A stretch of DNA of 63,776 nucleotides, filler included, from Asterionella formosa (lineage: Eukaryota): assembly GCA_002256025.1 (NCBI GenBank). It is 8 parts of 8 records of this genome, joined end to end, with 100 filler letters (N's around TTAATTAATTAA, not from the genome) between each part and the next. Parts side by side here need not be neighbours in the genome. Positions count along the whole stretch, not along the records: positions 30,207 to 56,832 come from NKIB01001662.1; positions 56,933 to 58,568 come from NKIB01001663.1; positions 58,669 to 60,304 come from NKIB01001664.1; positions 60,405 to 62,040 come from NKIB01001665.1; positions 62,141 to 63,776 come from NKIB01001666.1; 3 more parts are not named here. One strand, given 5' to 3'. The first letter of the stretch is position 1, and the number at the start of each line of letters is the position of its first letter. A program made the position numbers and the translations under genes. This document shows, in pieces, positions 54,443 to 63,776 of this stretch. The notes beneath the pieces are model-generated. The model searched no databases, was not told the origin of the DNA, and saw only the letters and a program-made list of their open reading frames with translations.

Positions 54443-56832
54443 CTCCCTCTGTCTAGTAACAGTTGCATCGATTCGCCGGCACCACCCGTGTCTTTACTGT
54501 TGGCATATGAAGGATTATGTAGCCAACATACAAAATTTCTACGTGAGGGTCGGCTTACTCGAAAAAATGCGTTTTTTATGAGTTAGATAGACGTGAACAT
54601 ATACTCTGTTTTTGTAATTAAATATTTAGCATCTAAATAAGTTAATCGAAACCAATTTAACATATATTTATACATTGGGTACATGTAGATAGATATCAAG
54701 CAATGCTAATGCATTGATTTTGGATGATCATTTTTGTCAAAATGGATGTTGACTTTGCCGATGCGCCCATTTGCTCCTGATGGTCAAATTCTTGGCTTGA
54801 TGGCCAGAAACAATGGTCGCAGTTGCGCCCATCATCACTGTTGCGGATCAACAGTAAAGGTTGGCTCTGTGGTTTTCTTTTCTTTCTGTATTGTGTTGGA
54901 CGAGATCCTCCAAGAACTCGAGGATGCTATCGAGGTGACCATGGACTGTGATCTCCATCCAGAAGGTCAAAGGTGCAGAGTTGGGTATCTTGCAAGGAGG
55001 ATTGCGCATAACAAAGTCGAGGCAGCGCAGCATGTTAATTGTACTGCTGTAGTTATTGAACTACTACAAGATTCTAAGGAGCAAACAAAACGGAGAATGA
55101 ATATGCAAGGTAATGGAGTTGTTCTTTTTACGTTTCAAAATCCTACTGCTGTGTAGTTAAATAAAGTCCAACTATAGTTATCCAGCTTGTCAAAGAAAGA
55201 ACTATAAGTTCAATACATATAGAACCATTAACAACCAGTGCTAATATATATATATATATATATAAGGGGGAACGTCTTTTGATCCAATGCAGCCAATGCA
55301 AAATGGCGCCAGAGAAGAAAAACCCCTTATCATTACACCCTACTGTTAAAAAAGATCATTCAGAAATGTGCTAGCCAACTCAAAAGCTCCTTCCCCAGCT
55401 GCTAGCCTATCAGGTAAAATTACCGCCCGTTCCAGAGCCGCCTTCCCAATGTGAGGTATATTATAATTGTTGTCGCCATTAACCAAAATAATCTCTTCCA
55501 AGCAACCCTGTAATGTTAAGAAAGAACAATTTAATTTGGTTAGTTAAAAAAATGAATGCTGCCTGCACTGCCTCTATCAAACCGTCGATCATGTCGTTGT
55601 GGGCTTCTTCCACAGAGTCCCATTGACCTGATTGTAATGCCCTAAAAGAAGATAGATCGTTGATATTCAAATCCGGACTGTTTGCTGGTTGCTTATTCAA
55701 TCGAATATCCCATTCTTCATCTGTTGCAGCTGCCACAAAGGGAGCAAAATCGGAACCAAAATGTGTTGAAGCATTGTCGTGCTGTAGATATATTCGTTTG
55801 TTTCGATCAGGCCACTTCGCTTTTATCATAGGTAAAAAATTATCAACAATCATGTCAGCATATGACTGTTTTGTCACTGGGAGTGACTTTGTTTCCATTG
55901 TCCCTGCTGGTCGATAAATTGAACTTCTTTGCACTGCTACTTGGTGCACAAATGGCCAAATTCCAATTTTACCATCAAACGTACACACTTTTTCGTCGTC
56001 AAAAGGAGGACATGTCACAGCAGAAAGGAACATGACCTTTTCGATATGCTCCTCATGTTTCATCCGCCTTGTGGGAGCCTCTTCTCCATGAGCCAGATAT
56101 ATTTTCAACTTTCCTTCTGAAACAAAGAACCACTTTTCATCTATATGGACCTGGTCGTAGAAACCATCATAGTAACCAAACAGTCCCGGATCAAAATCAA
56201 CATCAGGGGAAGGATGTTCTTGATCTGGATGGTTCAATTGTTAATGATTAACACAATACATAAAACGACTTATCTTACCCTCCTCCAAAAGCATCGGCTT
56301 GACTGCACTTGTGTGCGGTTGTATTACATTCTCTCTGTTATCCTTTGCAATCCAAAAAACTGTTGACTTGGGAAGGGCAAGAGCAGCTGCTAATTTACGA
56401 TATGTAGTACGCTTGCGATATGGAATACCTCTAATTGCTGCAATTATTTCTTCACATGGGTATTTGCGAGTATACCCAGTCAATAATTTGCAGGAAAGCA
56501 ATGCAAACACGAAAGTATCATCATTATAATAGAATTTGAGCGCGCGGTTCCAAATACGTTGTATAGTTGTTTTATCAACTTTTAACCGGCCTGCCAAAAA
56601 TTTAACGGTTCCACGCACTAAAATGAGCCGACCATCTATTTCATCCCCTCCATCAGGTCCTTTTTGGAGGTTCCGTAAATCATAATCCAACACGAGTTGA
56701 CACTCTTCTGGTGTTAGATCCTTTCTCATGTGGTTGTTGAGAAGAGGTAGTGGCAAGAAAAAAAGGGGGGCAGTCATCTGCATTTCGCTCGAGATGAGCA
56801 AAAGTGGAAGTCAAAAAAGCCGAAAAACGTTC
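54443..56832 (-). mobile_element. DD39D (plant/Stowaway-type) mariner, copy 2; right end lost in the gap
   Basis: TA + CTCCCTCTGT TIR at 54441-54452. Transposase VHIDEKWFF, KVMFLSAV, FDGKIGIWPF, QHDNASTH...QPANSPDLNIND with 39 residues between D2 and D3. Frameshifted at ~56240. Confidence 0.93.
54743..55156 (+). CDS. Transposon-borne accessory ORF, HIRAN-like with a Cys/His cluster (5' end probably frameshifted)
   Basis: GRSCAHHHCCG...AIEV...CRVGYLARR lies inside the TIR, convergent with the transposase. Second copy at ~53227-53600. Confidence 0.55.
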   Translation, partial: WMLTLPMRPFAPDGQILGLMARNNGRSCAHHHCCGSTVKVGSVVFFSFCIVLDEILQELEDAIEVTMDCDLHPEGQRCRVGYLARRIAHNKVEAAQHVNCTAVVIELLQDSKEQTKRRMNMQGNGVVLFTFQNPTAV

Positions 56833-57140
56833 NNNNNNNNNNNNNNNNNNNNNNNNNNNNNNNNNNNNNNNNNNNNTTAATTAATTAANNNNNNNNNNNN
56901 NNNNNNNNNNNNNNNNNNNNNNNNNNNNNNNNAAAATTTTACATTTTCTCTCCTCAATAGGTAGGCACCCGTAGTTGTTAGCTGGCTTCTGTCACATAGC
57001 GCTTGCTGGTACTACCGGTATCAGGTAAAGCAATTACAATATCATGATCATGGCATCGTTTGAGCTTCAATTGAATTCAGTTACCAGCTAGACTTTACCA
57101 GCAGTGCTACGTGGATGATACCTCTAATTGCAAACTGACT

Positions 57141-57155
57141 CGGGGGGGGGGGGGG

Positions 57156-57192
<37 letters not shown>

Positions 57193-57201
57193 CGGGCGGG
57201 G
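57141..57201 (+). repeat. Poly-G tract of ~60 bp
   Basis: Nearly pure G run with a few C interruptions. Confidence 0.9.
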
Positions 57202-57499
57202 TAGCGATCAAACTAAAGGAGTCATAGTGGACAATGTGATTGGTCGGTCCTTATTATAAAAATAAGATCATGACGAATACGAAAATCGCACGACTCAGTC
57301 ATTGCATATCTTAGGGTCACATAGGTGGACAAACTTTTGGCAAGATCGGAAATGCAATCGTGGGTTGTTGCAAAGAAAATAACCATCATTTCTTCATAAT
57401 TCCAAAAATATTCATGGCTGCTCATTGTCACATAATTTATACTTTGCCAAAATAGGCCAGTGTCACTCTCACAAATTTAGCACACAACGCAAGATCAAT

Positions 57500-57946
57500 A
57501 TGTTTGTCAAAATCAACCATCACGACAGTCTCTACAAGAACAATGTTGACGTCAAAGTCAACCCTGTCGATAACAACGTTACTAGTCCAACGGTACAAGA
57601 ACGGCTTTGGGAATCGGAAGCGGCATACATCGAAAGCAGATCCTTCGACACCGAAGTCGAACTCATCTATGGTGAATGTGACACTAACGCGGTGCATCAT
57701 CAAGAAAGGTACAACAAGGTCATGCAAGAATTGGACTTTTGGTCTGAATGTATAGCAAGCAGCAACAGTAGAGAGGAGCGTGATCGTCAACGTAAGGTGG
57801 TGCGTCACTATGGGCCACCAGAATGGCTGTATATCCCTACATCTATCCTGGACGAGGATAGGAGAACCAGACCAGGAAACATGGTCCTAAATGAACCTTT
57901 TTTGCGGCCGGAGTGGATGTTTGTGTCGAGATCTACGACACTATAG
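57500..57946 (+). CDS. Hypothetical protein
   Basis: ATG-initiated 148-aa ORF with gene-like composition. No motif recognised. Confidence 0.5.
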   Translation: MFVKINHHDSLYKNNVDVKVNPVDNNVTSPTVQERLWESEAAYIESRSFDTEVELIYGECDTNAVHHQERYNKVMQELDFWSECIASSNSREERDRQRKVVRHYGPPEWLYIPTSILDEDRRTRPGNMVLNEPFLRPEWMFVSRSTTL

Positions 57947-59129
57947 CTGAAAATTACTGTATGCAGCATTCATTAATAAATCAATCCCCACCATGACTTC
58001 ACACGATTAGCCGATTTCACTGAATGTGCGATTAGCCAGTAGTTACAAAACCGTAGGCAAAAGTATCCTTATTAGAAATAGAGGACGTTTGCACCCAAAG
58101 TCGCTAGACGCAATGAATTAGCACGCATTACGTATATAATAGTCCCAACAGCAAGAGCTGAAGGAAGCTATTGGCAACTAGTAGCTTGCCATCGGTTTAT
58201 GTTTAAGTCATGAGGATGTAGTAGAAATTCTATATTGATAATACCCTGGCACATTGTGATCTCTACACTCAAGGTATATACTAAGCGAAGGCCTACACTT
58301 CGCTGACTGCTTGTCGTTGGCTGGTATCGTGCTTAATGGTACTATTACTTGGATGTGCGAGGTTGAGCAGAGGTGATCTCTCCATGAGTTTATCCAAGAC
58401 TTGTCATGCACTCAAGCACTGCTTTCATTCATGGTCCACGATGCAACTCGCCGAAGGTCAAGTTTGAGCGATACTATACTTACTGACGACATAACATATA
58501 ATTGCCGGTAATGGTATTTTTTAGACCTGCATGTCATACATATACAAATATGTATAAAATGCATAACANNNNNNNNNNNNNNNNNNNNNNNNNNNNNNNN
58601 NNNNNNNNNNNNTTAATTAATTAANNNNNNNNNNNNNNNNNNNNNNNNNNNNNNNNNNNNNNNNNNNNTCTTATACAAGTCAAATGTAGACAGCAACGTT
58701 TTGCTTCCTTATTTTATTGTGAGCTTATAAAACTAGAAATCGATTTACAATCGATTCAACTCCACTTATTTCAGATCAGTTGGATCTTGGATCTTGGATC
58801 TTTTGTCCAAACTTTCATACAGATAACCAAGTAATGATAATGATCTGTTCCTGATCATTCAATCATTCTTTTACTTCATAACACATATAGAATATTGTTT
58901 TACTTACATTGTCGGCAGCTCCAATGGCGACGACATGCCTGTGAATAGTTCATTACATAGAACATTTAACTTTCCAAATATTCCATCCCATCTTATTAAT
59001 TGTATGTTCGTCTTCATTAACATTAGTTCAAATATTTCTCACCGGAAACAGTTTCTCTGTATAATATTGACGACATGTACATTGATGGAATGCTGTTGAC
59101 CCTAACTCAAATCATCCTAGATTTTGTCA

Positions 59130-59528
59130 TATAGGATCTATGGTTTTCTATCTACACAAAATCGAGCATACTCATGTCTCAGTACATACCAGGTATTAGG
59201 GGATACGTTCGGTTCTGAAACTACCGGTATATTTGTTATCATCCGCATACCGGCACGTGAAGTGACATCAAGGTGCCGACATGTACCCTGATGATATCAG
59301 ATACAATTGGTACCTGGTACCTGGTACCAGGGTAACTACAGGTAGAGGGTTGAATGATTAGAAACGGAATACCGGGACTTTTCCCAAAACGGGATGAAAC
59401 TGGAAAAACTATTCGTAAATTCAACTGCCCATTGGCATTTGCACCACCGTTGCACCACAATTGCACCACCAATTGCACCACTTTACTTAGAGTAACCTGA
59501 ATTGCACCAGACTATATCAAATCCGTGC
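59130..59528 (+). repeat. Repeat modules A (59130-59305) and B (59363-59528) separated by a GGTACCW cluster
   Basis: Homologous to 1450-1569 + 4942-5010 (inverted) and to 1016-1189 (direct). Confidence 0.85.
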
Positions 59529-59655
59529 AACTATATAAATATACATAACTGTATAGGAATACATGTGATCCTAAAAATTACAGCCCGCCAACATTTGATG
59601 AATAATTTGTTCACTTAACTTGCCAATTTCGCATCCATATACTTGAATTGTCAGA

Positions 59656-60304
59656 ATGAGTAAGAAGAATACACGCGGTGAGACTAAAAAGCTTGCCAAT
59701 CTACCTCGGGATGTCTTATATGCCAAGGATACAACAGCAGATATTGAAGATAAAGTAGCCCAAGGAATTCTGAATGCTTTGGACAAATTGAAAAAGACAT
59801 CTGTTGACCGACGCTTGGCAAAATTGACTGGTACAAGTGCACTCCGGTATCGTACAGAGCTAAGCTATGAGGTTCACTTTCGTGGTCTTACAAAATTCTT
59901 CAAGTTGATTGGTGATTATGAGTCACTGTTGATGCTTAGGGACAAATGTCCTGCAAACTGTCCATCGATGAAGGTAGAATCCCTTGTAATGTATGTATGG
60001 TGGAAATACAATGCACCAAGTATGACATTATTGGATCTTGGTGGAAAGGAAGTTTACGATGTCATGGGGCATCTTATAAAATGTCGTGGGGATTGGAATG
60101 CCCCTGAAAAGCGTAAGGGATTTCGTACGGCAGTATGGTGCATTCATAAGGCTCACAATCAAACTGGTAACTACATACAGGCTTGTCAAGACTGTCGTGA
60201 TATGCCCTTTGATGAGTGGTATAAGGGATGCAGTACCCACAAGGGTCATCCTGCTCTACTTAGATCTGGTAATCCTGCATACGATTCGGTCTTTACAGAT
60301 TGTT
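59656..60304 (+). CDS. 5' part of a possible Crypton-like tyrosine recombinase (core-binding region with a Cys/His insertion); truncated by the gap
   Basis: T..SY..HF..L..F helix, later FRTAV..IH and GNPA, with CQDC...GCSTH in between. The catalytic domain is not visible. Confidence 0.45.
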
Positions 60305-60404
60305 NNNNNNNNNNNNNNNNNNNNNNNNNNNNNNNNNNNNNNNNNNNNTTAATTAATTAANNNNNNNNNNNNNNNNNNNNNNNNNNNNNNNNNNNNNNNN
60401 NNNN

Positions 60405-61777
60405 GACGAATTTGAAGATTGCGCTCCCACCGTTGCCACTTCCACGACTTTGTCCACACCGACCAACGCTTCGGAGACTGCCAAAACAGGAACCGCAGAG
60501 CCAGCAACGGAGAAGAAACTTGACAAGTATGGCTTCATCACCAATATGGACCGAAATGGGACGGTATATGACGATGTTATGACGCCAGAGATCATCCCCA
60601 GCTTTGCGGAATCAAAGCTGAACGCATCACGAGAGCAGAAATGGAATGCCATGATGCAGAACTGGGACGCCTCCTTGCGGAGACGCACACAATTGTCGAG
60701 ACGGCTTCGCAAAGGGGTGCCTAATGCATTGCGGGGATCAGTGTGGGCGTTGCTGGGAAATGTTCCAAAAATGATTTCGGCTAACCCTGGGAAATACGAA
60801 ACTATGGTCCAACAGAGCTTAGAAGCGTCGGCTTCCACCATCATTCCAACGGACTCAAACGACATGATTAATAGTGGAAAAAAGATCGACATGTCCAGGT
60901 TAGCGCTGGCCCATTCAAAGTCGTTTCGGGCCACACAAGAGACTATCGAACGAGATATTCATAGAACTTATCCACGACATGGCATGTTTCATGAAGATGA
61001 CATCAAAGAAGAAGACGATGAAGAAGCGCTGGAGCATTTGGCTGATGATGATGTGGAAAGCATTATCGCGGAATTGCAAGGCGAGCACCCGAAGGTCAAG
61101 GAACTATTGGCAGCCACTGGCGGACAAGCGTCGCTGCGGCGAGTATTAAGAGCCTACAGTGTTCATGATCGGGATGTAGGATACTGCCAAGGAATGAATT
61201 TCATTGCTGGTATGTTCTTGACGTTCATGACGGAGGAAGAGGCTTTTTGGCTGTTGGTTGGTAAGTAGCCAGCTTTGAGGAATTTACTTTATTTAATCTA
61301 CGCAGCACTCTAACTCCATTACCTTTAGCTGTTATGAATGACAAACCATGTCGAATGAGAGGATTGTTTGGCGAAGGTATGCATGAAACTCATCAAGTTT
61401 TGTTCATTGCAGAGAAGCTCACTCATCAGTTTCTACCGAAACTGGCCAAGCATTTGGAAAAAGAAGGTATTCACATTACTATGTATGCCACGCAGTGGTT
61501 GTTAACCTTGTATACCAGTTCATTTGAATTTGATTTGGTCACGAGAGTATGGGACTGTTTCTTGCTCGAAGGCTGGAAGCCTGTATATCGGGTCATGTTG
61601 GCGCTAATGCAGCACTCACAATCCGCCCTCATGGCATTGTCCTTTGAAGATATTCTTGCCTTCTTTCGTGAATTACCAGACCTAGTGAATGGAAATCAAA
61701 TCATGGATATCGCTTTGAAGATTCCACTTCGGCGGCGGCATTTAGAAAATTATGAAAAGGAATTCACAAGTCGATGA
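60405..61777 (+). CDS. TBC-domain Rab GTPase-activating protein (5' truncated by gap); intron 61261-61328
   Basis: DKYGF, LRKGVPNALRGSVW, IERDIHRTYP, LRAYS..D.DVGYCQGMNFIAG, EEEAFW, MYATQW, RVWD.FL.EG. Confidence 0.93.
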
Positions 61778-61851
61778 ATTGGTGTCAGAAGCATGTCGCA
61801 GTTCGAGAGTTGTATTGTCACTAGCTCCATAAAGCCTCCTAAGTAGCAATT

Positions 61852-62040
61852 TTAGGCAGACACAAAATGACCCTGAAATGCTTGCCGCGCTTTCTCGACA
61901 AGTTTCTTCCTTATTTGAGTGGTGTCTCTTGCGATTCTGTCCATAGCGTTTGTCCCTTCACCTAGTGATAGAATTACGTCCTCAGCAGCCTTGAGGGGCT
62001 CAAACAATGCGGTAGCCTCAACCTCGACACATCTGAGAAT
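61852..62040 (-). CDS. C-terminal fragment of an unknown gene
   Basis: Open frame of 62 codons from the gap to TAA (...KKLVEKARQAFQGHFVSA*), convergent with the TBC gene. Confidence 0.4.
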   Translation of the reverse strand: MLRCVEVEATALFEPLKAAEDVILSLGEGTNAMDRIARDTTQIRKKLVEKARQAFQGHFVSA

Positions 62041-62140
62041 NNNNNNNNNNNNNNNNNNNNNNNNNNNNNNNNNNNNNNNNNNNNTTAATTAATTAANNNN
62101 NNNNNNNNNNNNNNNNNNNNNNNNNNNNNNNNNNNNNNNN

Positions 62141-63387
62141 GATACTTGGCGTATTGCTATTCCTACATCATTATTGGATCCTATTATTAATTGGTATCAT
62201 CAGATGTTAGCTCATGTGGGTATGACAAGATTAAATGCTACAATTGCTACACATTTTTATCACCCTATATTAAAAACAAGAGTGGAACATATTGTAAGAG
62301 TATGTGAAGCATGTCAACGTACAAAATTACCTGGTACTGGTTTTGGTGAACTTCCACCCAGGAATGCATTATTATTACCATGGTCAGAAGTCGCAGTAGA
62401 TCTAATTGGTCCATGGAAGATAACAGTGGCTGCTCAAACGATTGAATTTCGTGCTCTAACTTGTATTGACACAGTCACCAATTTAGCAGAAATTTCACGT
62501 ATCATCAATAAAACATCAGAATATATTGCAATGAAATTTGAAAATGATTGGTTAGCCAGATATCCCCGTCCAGAACGTTGTATACATGACAATGGAGGTG
62601 AATTTACTGGTGCTCCTTTCTTACACATGTTAGTATTGAATGGAATCAAAGATGTGACTACCACAGTAAAGAATCCACAAGCAAATGCTATCTGTGAACG
62701 TTTCCATCAATCTATCAGCAATAGTCTACGAGTTATGTTAAAGGCTCATCCTCCAATCAATGAATTTCAAGCCCAAAATATTGTGGATACATGTTTTGCA
62801 GCTGCGTCATATGCAGCTCGAGCTACTATTCATAGTATATTACGTATTTCACCAGGAGCATGGGTTTTCCAACGTGATATGATATTAAATATTCCTTTGA
62901 TTACAGATTTACAATTAATACATCAACGTCGACAGGTGATAATTGACGAACGTTTACGTCGTGCAAATTTCCGTCGTCGATCTTATGATTACAAAGTGGG
63001 TGACGAGATTTTAATATTATTGGATAATCCTACTACTTTGGATGATCGTGGACGAGGTCCTTATACTATTATTCAAGTACATGCCAATGGTACAGTTACT
63101 TTTCAACGCACTATGCATATTACCGAACGAATTAATATTCGTCGTATCAAACCTTTTCATAGGTAAAAGGTTTTCCCTCAAGTGTGGGAGAGTGAGCAAT
63201 CCTGCACATCGATACAGATATATATAGAGTTGGGGTTATGTCAAATATATCGGAATTCAATAATGAGAGAACTCGACTAACACCCATTCTATACTTTGAT
63301 GTCAGTTCAGGAAATGAGTTATACATAAGGATTAATTAATAAGCTCATATATTCAACAAATACTACTACTTCTAGTTAGATACTTCA
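62141..63387 (+). mobile_element. Ty3/gypsy 3' end: integrase, PPT and probable 3' LTR
   Basis: H..L.H.G...C..CQ zinc finger, PWSEVAVDLIGPW, CIHDNGGEF, NPQANAICER, GPY module. Purine tract GGGAGAG at ~63186. LTR-like segment ends ...TACTTCA at 63387. Confidence 0.92.
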
Positions 63388-63776
63388 CCAGGTACCAGTA
63401 CCTGGTAGCCTAGTTAGTCTGGTGGATATGTACAGCAAGAGAGGTAAAATAAAATACATCATATTTGTCGATGATTTTGACCGGACCGTTGGTGACATAC
63501 CGGTACATACAGTACATCACTGCAAAATAATTACAGGTCATTATTTTTGTGATGTCGTTTTAGAGTACCGGTGCATAGACTGGTATTCTGGTATATAGAT
63601 ACATGTAATTTACAGGTTACACCGGGACATGCAAAATTTAGAGGGCCGGATGTTTCTATTTCCTCGATTTCGATAGTCTACGAGTGAGTAAACGGTTAAA
63701 AAATACGGAATACCTGGTAGTCAAGGCCCTCCCTGCCCTCATACAAATGTGAAAAAGTATTTCTATAAGGTATCCA

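Noticed and set aside
57141..57201. Poly-G tract as a functional G-quadruplex
   Set aside because: It lies near a contig edge, and long G runs are a common sequencing artefact. Cannot be validated here.

Overview
This is eukaryotic nuclear DNA, very probably from a diatom. Evidence: compact genes with few short GT-AG introns, bipartite plastid-targeting N-termini with ASAFAP-like motifs (SLAFIP, SLSFAP, ALAFHP), and diatom-type copia RT motifs. The window is a scaffold of 8 contigs joined by an artificial 100-bp linker (N44-TTAATTAATTAA-N44), so adjacency across linkers is unverified. Gene-dense blocks hold eIF2-beta, a DUF1415 protein, a TPR protein, an RluA pseudouridine synthase, a FYVE-ankyrin-RING protein, an NELF-A-like protein, an ACSF3-like ligase, an EF-hand-fused CoA-transferase, CCDC25, an EVE protein, Tousled-like kinase, a TMEM65-GAF fusion, an acetylpolyamine amidohydrolase-like deacetylase and a TBC Rab-GAP. 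They alternate with transposon islands: copia, gypsy, DD39D mariner, Harbinger-like MITEs and a possible Crypton. Most notable: (1) a strand-symmetric (GGTACCW)n heptamer repeat clustered upstream of genes and not clustered in exons or convergent 3' gaps, together with a CWG-flanked ~88-bp MITE inserted at these sites; (2) a TMEM65-GAF fusion; (3) an NELF-A homologue; (4) a DD39D mariner carrying a second, HIRAN-like gene. All family assignments come from motif recognition by eye; no searches were run.
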